Assembly: GCA_031763465.1 (NCBI GenBank)
Contig: JARFOE010000100.1
Coordinates: 11,769,794-11,806,161, forward strand
Source of the DNA: Squatina squatina
Lineage: Eukaryota
Reading direction: 5' to 3'
DNA length: 36,368 bases
Below the pieces are notes generated by a model. It worked only from the letters and a program-made list of their open reading frames with translations. It had not been told where the DNA came from and searched no databases. Below, one piece after another: positions 21,754 through 34,180 of the stretch (the stretch's first letter is position 1; the number at the start of each line of letters is the position of its first letter). The position numbers and the translations under genes are program-made.

Positions 21754-23271
21754 TTGCTATTTAATAATGAATAATTACAATTTGTTAAGACAAATATCGA
21801 CAGTGTACTGTCGATTCATATATTGGGTTTCTGGTGATCACAGACTAACACGCTGTGGAAGCAATAATTGGTGAAACACTTCAATTATTCTTTCAGTGAT
21901 TGTGTAGCAGTCATTGTGTGAAGCTAGAAAAGTATTTCACCCTGCAGCAAGTTGTGAAGGGAAGATTTCCCTGTTCTTGTGCCAGGGGGCTATTTGATTG
22001 CCTGTATAGTGAACACAGGAAAATTGGGTGGGAAGGATCGACACATAATGCAGCCTGTCTGATTTTCCATCCATCTAAATGATGTTCTATGCAGTATTTG
22101 CATATCTCTGTCTATACATATCTATACAACTTTTAGACCCATTTATAACTGATATAATTTTCTTCCTTTGCTCTTCCTTTTGTTTTATTTTTGTCCAAAC
22201 AATAGCCTGGAGATGACTGTCAGCAATGCTACCATTTTCATACCGGATGTGCTTGTATCAAATTCCCCTCTCCACTAATTTAACGAATGAATTTTGATAC
22301 CTGCACGTCAAGCGATCATATAACGACATCACATCCAGGCTACTGACCGTTAAGCATCAATAACAGCTAATTGAGGAACCTGTAATGGTTGAAACGGGAA
22401 TGTAGGACAAGAGGGCTGAATGGGAAAAGATTAAAGGATTAGACTCCATGCTTGGATTAGGTTCCTATTTCTCTGCCTTCTGTTAATTTCTGTGCTGCTG
22501 CACTAAATGCAGCCAATACAGTTCATTTAGTCTGAGTAATGGCATTTCTTGTATCTCTTGCATTTGCAGATCCTTTAACTTATAGTACAATAAGCAGAAC
22601 ATGCTGGTTAAGTGGAATTTAGGCAGCTTGATCCAGTCAATATTGGATCTCGAATCCTCATGTCATCAAAGTAAACTTCCTGCTACAAAGTGCAAATATT
22701 TTTGACTTAGAGGGCAGCAAGACAGACCAGTTAACCTGCGTGGTATTGATAATTCTAGGTAGCTCTTTAATGTTGTAAACTCTTATTTTAAAACAGGAAA
22801 ACTAAACTTAGTCCTCCATATCAAAAGAAAAAAGAAACTGGTAGAGTGAGGAAGAAAAAAAGAACAGGAATTTCAAGGCTCAAGAATTTTGGAAATGTTT
22901 TAGTGGAGTCAATGTCAACAGATCTTTGCATCACTTGGGAATCTTGGCCAGCAATCGAGCCCAATGCATTAGAGCGATAAATTAGTTATTATAGTTTAAC
23001 CGGGAAAAATGATTTAATATTTGAGTTAATCAGCCAATAATTAATAAATTGAGTCATTCTATGCTAATACATTTTGGTCAAGCTCCACTTACAACAAATC
23101 AACAAAGCTGGAGGGATACACCATTTGAATATCAACTCTTGTAGGTTGAAATAGTGCTGTGCTGTATCACTAATGCATATATGAGACTCGACTAGTCTGG
23201 TATTTTAACAAAGATGTTCAACTTATGGATGTCAAAATAAAGGACAAAGAATTTCACATGAATGCGTTCTT

Positions 23272-23699
23272 GGGGTAAAACTTCATCTTCTCCCGAACAA
23301 AGAGGTCCGAGACTGGCCTGACATTGAGCCTCGGGCCTCATTAGCACTTAAAGTACATCTGCCGGTGCCTCTCATGATTGCGATAAATGTGGAGTGAGGG
23401 GAGCACTCCTGGTAGTCCTGCCTCCACAGGAAGGTTTGTATACTTATAAAAAACTTAACTTTAGTTGGTGGCCACTGAAGAATCCTGAGTGCAGCAGGCC
23501 TGACGTCTGATCCATTCAGTACCGAACAAGATTGCTGCAGGCTCCTTAAACAGGCCCCCTGTTAGGCCCCTCAGTAACATATGGATGGGGCCTAACAGAT
23601 GTTTATGGTGCTTGCCCGGGATGCCTGAAAATTGTCTCAGGCCAAAATGGTGTCGGACGTATCTCAGGCATTCTTGGGAGCGCAGGGAAATTCTGCCCC
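23272..23699. mobile_element. Non-autonomous MITE (Harbinger-type ends)
   Basis: Left end GGGGTAAAACTTC versus reverse complement of the right end GGGGCAGAATTTC (10/13 match). GC-rich interior with a perfect 12-bp inverted repeat at 23559-23570/23587-23598. Confidence 0.6.
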
Positions 23700-23856
23700 C
23701 GGAGAATGGGAGTAACGGGGATCAGGTTCTACTGCATTAATCTTTTTCCTCTAATTNNNNNNNNNNNNNNNNNNNNNNNNNNNNNNNNNNNNNNNNNNNN
23801 NNNNNNNNNNNNNNNNNNNNNNNNNNNNNNNNNNNNNNNNNNNNNNNNNNNNNNNN

Positions 23857-23978
23857 CATTTAAAAGGAGGCAGGGAAAATGCAGGGAAATGAAATTAAGT
23901 GGATAACTATTTCAGAGAGCTTGCGCTGGAACAATGGACCGAATGGTCTCCTTCTGTACTCTAAAAGTGTGATTCTAA
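23857..23978 (+). mobile_element. Degenerate CR1 LINE 3' UTR
   Basis: ...acaatggaccgaatggtctccttctgtact...gattcta is the CR1 terminal stem-loop and ATTCT tail motif. Confidence 0.7.
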
Positions 23979-26900
23979 ATTGGCACCATAGCTGCAGGAT
24001 CCTCTGTGCCTCGCCGGTATTTATTATAAAATGTAATACACAGATATTATTTCTTGTATCCGTATTTCAGTCTGTGATCAGGCAAAGTGCAGATAATTTT
24101 ACTGAAGTTAGAAGCTTCTCAAAAGGAATCTTCGATTTGCATAATATTCGAGACAGTGGCAGCTACAGATGAGCTTGGAGCGTTGTCTACACCACGTCAG
24201 TGACCCCACTTTCTACTTTTGTGAACTTCTACCTACTTAAGACTTTATTTTGTAACTCATTGATGCACACTCGTTCTCTCACATTGCATTCTAATAGAAT
24301 TTGAGACTAAAAGCATTTAAATGTTGTTTGTGCATACATTTACTCAAAATAGCAGACTTGCCATATTGTTTGGTTTCAACTAATGGAGTTCTGATGTAGG
24401 CAACAGCTGGATGACAGAACGGTTTATCAGTTAGTGTAAATTAGCATGACAGTTAGGCACAACATATTGCCTGAAGTCCCTTTTGTGANNNNNNNNNNGT
24501 GAGAGCATTTTTAATGCCACAAACAAGTAGAATTTGATGGGCTGCTGATTAGATGCAGACACTTCCTTCACTGTCCTCTTGGTGGCAGCATAGAGCAAAC
24601 TTTGCCCAGCCGTGTAACCATGTCGATGTTTAATACTCTGCCCCTCGCAGGGCAGGAAGCCTACAGACTACAGGCATGTATGTTTTCAGTTTTTATCGCA
24701 TTACTTTAATTTCTACGCAAATCAGAAAGTTTGAATTGTTTACTTTAAAAAAAACTTTAACAGGCATGCACATGAATTTTGAGGAGAAAATGCTTAAAAG
24801 GTGTCAAATTGGAATATTAAGGAAAATAATTTATCTGGGTTTTAATTTAATGCAAGATCTGTATACAATTGTATTATTTATTGTATTAAAATAAGGATCC
24901 ATTGGTAACATATCTAAACAACCCTAATTGACTGACTGGTTAAAGATTTTTGATGAAACCTAACCTAAATAAAATTCTTAGAATAGATTTCACAGCAAAA
25001 TGAATATTGATTGTAGGTTATGAGTAACTTGGTTATTTAAAAGGAAAATTCATTAAATTCAATAAATGTTTGATTCCGATGATTTTTTTTTTAAAACCAT
25101 CACATCTGGGATAAATAATAGTTCTACTAATGTCTGAAGAAATTTATTGTGGATATATTTTACAAAGTATCAAGAAAAATAACCTATTAATTCTGAAGAT
25201 TTATTTAATATTACTTAACTAGAAGCTCTGCTGATAGTGTAGCTCTTTATTCAAATACATTGGGAAAAACATTTTTTGCAGTAATGGGTTCAAATCTGCA
25301 CAACTGCATACCATGAAACAGAAATGAGTGCAAAATGAAGAATATATTAAGTAAAACTAAAAACTGAATTCTAAATGTTGAAACAAATTGATTGTACTGG
25401 TACATTGAATCATTGCCAGTAGCAAGTCTGGTGAACTAATCCGTCTGGGTTGTTTATTTGCCAATTTTTAGTTGTCCTCTATCTTTGTCCTGAAGAAATG
25501 GCTGCAGTATTTCTTCAGAAAGAAATTAGACCTTGCAACTTGAGTGTTTGCTGACTTGATGAACAGATTAGGGTTAGACTTGGCAAGAGCTCGACAACTA
25601 GGCTGCATTTAAAAATAGGTGTTAACATGTACCAGTAGTTGCCATGTTGATCGAATTGNNNNNNNNNNNNNNNNNNNNNNNNNNNNNNNNNNNNNNNNNN
25701 NNNNNNNNNNNNNNNNNNNNNNNNNNNNNNNNNNNNNNNNNNNNNNNNNNNNNNNNNNNNNNNNNNNNNNNNNNNNNNNNNNNNNNNCACATTGAAAATT
25801 TGACCTAAGTTGCAGATTTGGTCCATTTTTCAGTCACTGAATCGAAGTATTAACCTGCACAGCGCACAAACATGTATGGCACCGATTGATAATTTTCCTT
25901 AATGCTTTTTAATATTTTGAATTAGTATGGAAATGTTTAGGGATAATGGCTTTTTGTTTATTTTCTTTCAAAAAAAGTTCCCTAAATTCCATGTAGTGTT
26001 TTATGAGTAAACTTGTTGCATTTTAATATATTGCGGGGTATCAGAACATAAAGATTCAACTAAATTATCTGTAAAAGACAAACTCCAGCCACACAAGAAA
26101 AATAATCCAACCAAAGAAAAGCTACGAGCACTGCAGATTGCAGNNNNNNNNNNNNNNNNNNNNNNNNNNNNNNNNNNNNNNNNNNNNNNNNNNNNNNNNN
26201 NNNNNNNNNNNNNNNNNNNNNNNNNNNNNNNNNNNNNNNNNNNNNNNNNNNNNNNNNNNNNNNNNNNNNNNNNNNNNNNNNNNNNNNNNNNNNNNNNNNT
26301 CCACAACCGGTAATTTTCCAAGGTCAATTTTCTTCTCTTTACTTCCATCAAAAATAGCAGCAATTCAGCAGTGGCCCTGCTGGTAAAGGGACAAAGCAAA
26401 TGCTATTGAATACCAATCAGTCAGCAAGGCAAATAATTTCAAATAAAGTAATAAAACGTTGTCATGTTTGTAATAAAAGAATACGCTGCAGTAAATATGC
26501 TGAAAAGTAATGATGTGCTTTCAAATGTGTTAAGGCTTGCTGTGTTTACTAACTACTTTTCAGGGGAATAGAACCTGTAGACATTGTTCAAAAATAACTT
26601 GAGTAGTAAAATGGAAATGTCTGCATAAAAGTCAGTTGTTTCTGAGTGCATTCTTCTGAGGGGGGCTCCTGAAAAATATATTTCATGAGGAAAATTGGCA
26701 GAAATGAACTCCTGGCTTATATTCACCATTTAAAAAAACTGAAGTTGAATTTCAGTCTCAATTTTTGCACTTGGGCTGCATGTCAATTACTGATGCTCGC
26801 CATTGGCAAACTTATTTTCANNNNNNNNNNTGCAAACAAATGTGTGCGTAGGCTGATTGTTTGTTACCTGAACATTTATGGCCATTTAAAAAAAACCTGA

Positions 26901-28215
26901 ATGGCCACAGCACTTGTATTAAACGTTAATAGTTCTGGACATTTTCGTTTATCTGGTCTCTCTCTTTCTCGCTCCTGCTTGTGTTTATTTTCCAATTTAA
27001 TATCAGAATTGTTCTCCTTGCAGATATCTATACCTTCATTTGAACAAATGTTTGCTGACTGAATAATTTAAACACATTTTAAAAGCTGTGGAAGTGAGTA
27101 CTTGCGATGCAAAAATAGAGATTTTGAAGTATAGTGCTGGCATATATTATAACATTTACAATACTTGGATGGTAATCAAAAATGAAAAAAAAACTATTGA
27201 TTTTCATTTGGCAGAATTAAACCTTAAATTAGTCACACAATTAAAAGCCCCCTATCAGTCAAGAAATGTTTAAAAGTGTATTTTATGAACTCCCAGATTT
27301 AAAAGTTAAATATTTGAAAGACAGAAATATACCAATGCCAGCCATAGTAATTTAAGCAACACTGTAACAGCAAAAAGTAATTATTATCTAGGTTTTCTCA
27401 GATAGCCAAAACCGTTTCAAAACACTGCTTTACTGCAGAACTGTAATTAAATCTAAAATTAACGCACTTAAAAGCAAAGGCTGTAAAGCTGCACATGGAG
27501 CTTTATATTGCCCCAAAAAATCAGTGATGTGCGAGGTTTAAATAAAAATGTACCTCTTGTGTAGTTTAAAGATTTATCAGTACATCTACACAACAAACTG
27601 AAAAGTATACAGATAGTGTTCTTCAGCTGACTGTACATGATTCATATGTTTAAACCATTTATTAACTAAAAAAAATTCACCGCAATTTGACGTAACTACG
27701 TCCATATGTTTAAGAACACTATGGGAAGAAGAAATGCATGCCCAGATGTTCAGCGTCCTCCAGTGGTGCACTCTGCATAATATTCAAANNNNNNNNNNNN
27801 NNNNNNNNNNNNNNNNNNNNNNNNNNNNNNNNNNNNNNNNNNNNNNNNNNNNNNNNNNNNNNNNNNNNNNNNNNNNNNNNNNNNNNNNTTTGATGGCAAG
27901 GGCCAAAGCTCAGCACTGGTTTGCTGAGTATAACCAAAGCAATAAAGCCATTGATTGGTGGCCGAGTCACTTGGGTCACTCTTGTGAAGCTCCTAGTGGC
28001 TGGCTTGAATTCGATATTGGCAGATGGAACTGTTTGCCCTCTAAGTCTGAGATGTATGACACAAGGTAACCTGTCCTCCCTCTAAGCGTAGAAAGCAGCG
28101 CGGTACAAATTGCTACTACTGAGGACTAAAACATGACATGTCATAAAATGTTTTGCTGCACTATTTTGGAGTATTTGCAACTTATAAATCATGAATATGT
28201 TCTTCTGGCTGTTAG

Positions 28216-28618
28216 TGGGTACGGTAGTGTAGTGGTTATGTTATTGGACTAGTAATCCTGGACTAAAAGTCCAGAGAAAGCGATTTAAAATCCCACCATG
28301 GCAGTTTAAGAATTTTAATCCAATTTAAAAAAATCAGTAAAAGTGACCCTGAAGCTTTCAGATCGCCGTAAGAAGCCAACTAGTGCTTGTCATTTAGGGA
28401 AGGAAACCTGGCCTACATGTGACTGCAGTCTCACACCAATGTGGTTGACCCTTAACTTGCCTCTGAAGTAGCCTAGCAAGCCGTTCAGCTGTATCAAACT
28501 CATATCAGCGATTCATGAAGGCAGCCCACCACCATCTTCTGACGACAACTAAGGATGGGCAATAAATCCTGGCCTTGCCAGCGACGCCCACATCCTGAGA
28601 ATGAGCAATTAAAAAAAA
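28216..28618 (+). mobile_element. Near full-length tRNA-derived shark SINE
   Basis: A box ggtagtgtagtggtta, degenerate B box gatttaaaatccc, body tttagggaaggaaacctggcctacatgtgactgcag, LINE-type tail ggatgggcaataaatcctggccttgccagcgacgcccacatcc and poly(A). Confidence 0.85.
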
Positions 28619-29399
28619 CCTGAAACTATATTTGTGAAAAATGATATGTTCCAAGTAAATATATATATTTCAGTCAAGTTCTTTTTTTAAATCCCTTTGT
28701 GGTATCTATTTGTTTTGGTGTGATTATAGGTTGAGGTGAACTGTGGATCTAAATAAAATCTCTAACCTTCTGAGGTAAAGCAAAGTACCACCCCATTCCT
28801 AAATAAAACTAACTAGTCTCTCCTCACAACCAGTTCAAATAAATCAATACCTGCCATCCCACATCATTTCACATTTCACCATTTAATATGCAGTTGTTTG
28901 CTTTAATGTTGACCTAACTTATAAAAGCTGATTTTATGCGTGTGGATTCCTGCCTGGTGGATGCAATTTGGAAGATCGGGCATGTGAGGTCGCACACTCA
29001 AATCACTGCGTGGCCAATTTTGTGTTGGATAACTTTGGGGGCAGAGAGGAGGCGGTGGTACATGTATTTATCTATTGAAATTGGGTCCTATGTTGAATAT
29101 GATGACTTCTGGCAAGGTTTTGTCCCCAATGCTCTCCATGCCTGTAAAAAATGGGTGCATGATGGTTGAACAAGCCTGGCCTGCTTTCACCAAGCTCTAA
29201 AAGCAAGGATATTGGTGCTTCAGTTCATGATGAAGTCTTTTTTCTTGGCAGTGAGCATTTATTTATTTTTCCATTAAACATCTTGCATACTTTTCTTCCC
29301 TGTGTATTTTTACATTTTTGTTAAAGTGTTCTGTTTTCTAAGCAAGACTTTCCTTCAGTCTTGGCAATTACCACCTGCATTGCAAAGTGCAGCTAACCA

Positions 29400-30240
29400 A
29401 GGTAGGGTGTGGTTGGCTATTCCCACTCTGCTGCATGAATTGGAGGAGGAGGACCCGTTCATGAGGAATTAAAATCTTCAGGTCCAATGACAGCTCAGGT
29501 GCTATGTTTACTCCTTCCATATCCAAGGACCCGCCTTGAGATGGTATCACTCCTGTTGGGGTATGCCAGAGGATACCTATCTTTGCCACCTTCGCTTCAC
29601 TATAACAACAGTGATCGGCTATGCCATCTGCTGCAGGCTGATTTGTAGACCACCGCAGGACTGGGATGGTTCTTTGCATAACTGTGAAACGCACTATGGA
29701 ATTAAGTTTCTGTGCNNNNNNNNNNCGATAGCTATAGTGGTCATACCAGTATTAAGCCTCTATGCAACAGAATCCTTCCAGGCCTTCACAGGAAATATCT
29801 GCCAGATAAGGCAAACTGCAGTTCATTCCATTGATAGTCACCATGTTTGCCAGGAGAAATACCTTCCCTGGTGGAAAATAGAAACCAACTGGAGAGGGCA
29901 CATAATCTCTACTATCTGGCAGGCTTCCCAAAAGACTAGAGTGTTATCGGTAGAATCCCTGTGGCTTCAGGTCCCTATGCGTCAAACCAATTGCATACCC
30001 CAGTAGGAACAGGATACTATTTCACAAATGTGCACGTCGATGCTCATTATCTAGGGAGTACCTGTGGTACTTCTGTTTTGCAGCAGTCCATAGTATCTGC
30101 ATTATTTGAAGGGCCCGAGCAAATAACGGAAGACATTGGGAGACACGGGCCAACCTTTGAAGTCCTAGCTGACGACCCCCTTTAGAAACACCCGCACAGC
30201 AGTAGAGTGCAGAGAACATCAGGGATGCTGAAATGACAGT
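29400..30240 (+). mobile_element. Decayed PIF/Harbinger (HARBI1-like) DDE transposase
   Basis: Across frameshifts: MPEDTYLCHLRFT..LCHLLQADL; SLYATESFQAFTGNICQIRQTAVH; LERAHNLYYLAGFPK; GYYFTNVH; DAHYLGSTCGTSVLQQSIVSALFEG; LGDTGQPLKS*LTTPFRNTRT. These are colinear with HARBI1-family motifs (FYATGSFQ, AGFP, DARYPGS.HD, LGD.GYPL..WLMTP.RNP). Confidence 0.88.
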
Positions 30241-32456
30241 TNNNNNNNNNNNNNNNNNNNNNNNNNNNNNNNNNNNNNNNNNNNNNNNNNNNNNNNNNNN
30301 NNNNNNNNNNNNNNNNNNNNNNNNNNNNNNNNNNNNNNNNNCACTGTCTAGAAATGTTCTTATCAGAAGGATTCAAATAGAGTCCGTCCTAATCAAATGA
30401 CCTATTATGGCCTTGAATGCAGTCACAATAGTGAGTTCCTGTCTGGAAAAAGTCATAAAATACATGGAACTAAAGTAGCTCTCAGTGTTCAAATTGCTAT
30501 TAGAATGAAGTGATCAGATGGCAAAGAATATTCTTCACATGAAAGTCTTCTAGCTCGTTCAGTCTGTTGATTCCTCATAGTTCTTCTACATCTCAAATAA
30601 ATATTTTTATGACGTTGTGCCATGCCTTCAAAAGCACCTCAGGTCTGAAGTCATGGTCACAGCAATAAATTATTATCTCAGAGTGGATCAGTTGGCTGAT
30701 AGCATCAGGGTCAAAGAATTTGTGACTTACTGACAATTTGATGCACAGCAGCTTGCAAACATTGCCAGAAGATTGACCAGGAAATTAACTTCTAAAGATG
30801 CAGCACTATACTGTTTAGTGTTGATTAATAGATTAAGTTGAAAGGATTGGTCAAAGATAAAAATTTGCGGCTAAAAACAGATTTTCTTGGTAACCTGGCC
30901 ACATGTGCTTGAACAATGCCAGCTGAATTGGATACGTGTGAAAATGGCTCAGCATTAAGAAAGACTTCACTACATTTTTATGTTCATTTTAATCTATGTT
31001 TTTAAGCATTGAGAAGTGGAGCTACTTTTATACTGGTACATCTTAAAAACAGAAAATGAAGTAACAGCACATATTGCTTTCACGGAGTAGCTGGAAAGCT
31101 TGTGATGTGAGTGTCCCAGACTGTCAACAAAAATTAAGGCAAACAAGTGGCAGCATCTGAATAAATGGCTTTTGTGCACTTGTAATGGATATTTTTTTTT
31201 ACATCTTCGGTAAATAAAATAATCTGCTGTCACAGCCAATGCTTCAGCGCAGTTTGAGTTTGCAGAATTGTTCCTGGCAGGNNNNNNNNNNNNNNNNNNN
31301 NNNNNNNNNNNNNNNNNNNNNNNNNNNNNNNNNNNNNNNNNNNNNNNNNNNNNNNNNNNNNNNNNNNNNNNNNNNNNNNNNTGAATTGCATGACGTGCCA
31401 AGACAATAGTCAGAGGAGCATTGAATATCTCAAAGGTATTGGCGGTCATGACTGGATCTGAAACTTTGGCTGGAATCCACATGGGGTGAGTCATAGCTGA
31501 GGCCAGATGCTGTGAAAAGAAATATGGCTGTGAATGTGGGTCTTAGCAAGTACTAATGAGAAGGAAAAGGGATAACAATAGTGGCCGGCTTTATTTTTAT
31601 ACTTTGGCTATTCTGTGCAAATTAAGGAAATGCCAGTTACATGAGTCATATTATTTTATTCAGCTTAATAAATNNNNNNNNNNAGTTTATCTTAAAGTCT
31701 TTGATTATAGCTTCCAGATAAATCATTTTGTCAGTTTGGTAACATTTATTTTTGCCTACTGATAAACATTAGTATTATATCAACTGTTGGTTTAAAAACA
31801 CATTGTATGCACAAACATCATCAAATAGTCCATAACCACCAACTTTAGCCTCTGTTGACTTTGCATGACCACAACTTCTGACTGGACCTTCAGTTTTAAA
31901 TAAAGGTCTTGTCATAATCCAGGTTCAGTACTTGGGTCGTAATTATTGACTGGTTGGCTATTTATTTGCATTGTAGACATAACAGGGCAACACGGAGTGG
32001 TGATGGAACGACATGTGTGACCGTCAATGAAAGCAGCTTTTGTTATAAGCAATATCTCCATTACTATGGCAACAGTAGGCTGCTGACATTATAGTATTGG
32101 CTCCACAGAACTGGAGCATTACGACTGGTCAGAATGTGGTATGAAGCCCAGTGCAAAGATCCATATTTTATATCAATATATTTATTGCCCTCCTGTGCTT
32201 AAACAACCTTGCAGGGAAAGATGATTCAAACTTAATCGAAGGGAAACTGAACAATGAAAGATCAAAACTTAGTGGTGCATGTATGTGGATTCTGAGTTTT
32301 GACTTTTTTTGATATCAGTTGTGAATTTTAGATGGGCTGGTAGAGTCATGTGACTAAGAAAATGGTCAACGTCAAAATGGTTAAGCTGGATGTCATTTTG
32401 AGGGATACAGTGTGATAACTGGTGGAGCAAAGTGGCATGGAGTAAGATAAATCTGA

Positions 32457-32670
32457 GGGGGGTGAAATTCGGTAGTACCACACTAGAAACAGTGCACCAC
32501 TGTTTAGTGCCGAGACTGCGCCAATCTGAAATGGCATTATTTAGATGTGAAATTTGGCAGCATTTTGCTTTTTTTGCAGCATGGTGCTGTTCGGAGGTGC
32601 AAACAGCTGAGTGGAGGCACTGACAGCAAAGGTGAGCTGCTGAAGGCAGAGTTGAGGCGCTGATGGCAGA
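32457..32670. mobile_element. MITE/Harbinger-type end fragment
   Basis: Starts GGGGGGTGAAATTCGG, similar to the other GGGG..AAATT ends in the window. Interrupted by a CR1 tail at 32671. Confidence 0.35.
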
Positions 32671-32747
32671 ATAGAAACATAGAAACATAGAAAATAGGTG
32701 CAGGAGTAGGCCATTAGGCCCTTCGAGCCTGCACCGCCATTCAATAT
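32671..32747 (-). mobile_element. Young CR1 (HER-LINE-like) 3' end
   Basis: (ATAGAAAC)n octamer tail, then ggtgcaggagtaggccattaggcccttcgagcctgcaccgccattcaat. Confidence 0.9.
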
Positions 32748-32847
32748 NNNNNNNNNNNNNNNNNNNNNNNNNNNNNNNNNNNNNNNNNNNNNNNNNNNNN
32801 NNNNNNNNNNNNNNNNNNNNNNNNNNNNNNNNNNNNNNNNNNNNNNN

Positions 32848-33080
32848 AGGAGGAGAGAGAGGGAATTCCAGAGCTTAGGACCTTAGCAGATGAAGGCATG
32901 GGTGTTAATGGTGGATACAAGAAAATTGGGGATGTGCAAGAGGCCAAAATTGAAGTCGCGCAGAGACCTCAGCGAGTTGCGGGGCTACAAGATATTACAA
33001 AGATAGGGAAGAGTGAGACCATGGAGGCATTTGAAAACAAGGATGAGAAATTTAAAACTGAGGCATTGCCAGACCGGGAA
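32848..33080 (-). mobile_element. L2 LINE 3' fragment
   Basis: Minus strand encodes PVWQCLSFKFLILVFKCLHGLTLPYLCNIL. Homologous to 13375-13600. Confidence 0.85.
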
Positions 33081-34066
33081 ACTTTGTCTGTGTAGTTGGC
33101 CCTCAGATACAGAAACAACCTCCGTGAGAATTGCATTTAACAGAATCAAAGTAGACTTTGAATTTCTGTAATTATTGCACAGCTTCATTCAATAGGAGCA
33201 CATATTGGGTATTCAGGCATGGAGGGCAATATGTCCGATTCACAGCCCAAAGGATTTCTGTCCATTAAAATTAGTGGTCAGAAAATCATGACATGTGGTA
33301 TGCAATTTCCCAAAATGCACTCTTGGCATGTGCCAGGAATGGTGAAGCACAAAATCCTTTAAGTCTGGGGAATGCTCCCAGAGGCTTTAGTTCTGAACCA
33401 CATGGGTGGTCTAGAAACTCACATCATGAATGTCTATGAAAAGATTGTTTCATCCAAGAGCTCTGTCGCTTATCAAACTGTGTTTCTAATGTTTTTTAAC
33501 AGGGTATTACAAAGCATTTGTGCATCGCGTCCATTTTAAGCATTGCTCTCTCAATATCTTGTTGTGTCTCACTGTTTCTTTGTTCAATCTGTATTAAATC
33601 TGTTCGGTGTATCCTTTATTTTTTGTTTGACAGTATGTTTTTTTCCTGCCTTTCTGCATCCCATGGCATCGTCAACAGTTGTTAAAATAATTAAGGGGTC
33701 ATTCTGAATCCTGGGCACACTATCCGACCCATGCCACAAATAAGGGCACAGCCTTTGGGTTCCACAAGACTTGATTTGCTAACAGAAACTGCCTTTTTGG
33801 CACGAGCATGAGACAATAGTGCTGAGCAAATGCCCGAATGGAACATATGTGTTACAGAAAAATTGAAGAATGAAATGCAGATGGGGGACTTTAGAATTAC
33901 ATATGGCCCTGGTTAATATTTCTTGGAGTTCTATTAAAAATACCTTGCTTTTCTATTTTCCTACCANNNNNNNNNNNNNNNNNNNNNNNNNNNNNNNNNN
34001 NNNNNNNNNNNNNNNNNNNNNNNNNNNNNNNNNNNNNNNNNNNNNNNNNNNNNNNNNNNNNNNNNN

Positions 34067-34180
34067 AAAGCAGGAATATGGCGTTGAGATAGAGGGTCAG
34101 CCATGCTCATATTGAATGGCCGAGCAGGCTTGAAGGATCGAATGGCCTACTCCTGCTCCTACTTTTCTATGTTTCTATGC
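34067..34180 (+). mobile_element. CR1 (HER-LINE-like) 3' end
   Basis: tcagccatgctcatattgaatggccgagcaggcttgaaggatcgaatggcctactcctgctcctacttttctatgtttctatg, the same family as 32671-32747 in opposite orientation. Confidence 0.9.

Noticed and set aside
27024-27062. Acceptor ttctccttgcag followed by ISIPSFEQMFAD*; similar lone acceptor at 33502 and lone donor at 31486
   Set aside because: Isolated splice-like sites are common in long introns, and there is no partner site or homology support.
29959-29979. Kinase catalytic-loop motif HRDLKPQ on the minus strand
   Set aside because: No following Asn, DFG or other kinase motifs, flanked by stops, and the opposite strand is explained by the Harbinger transposase.
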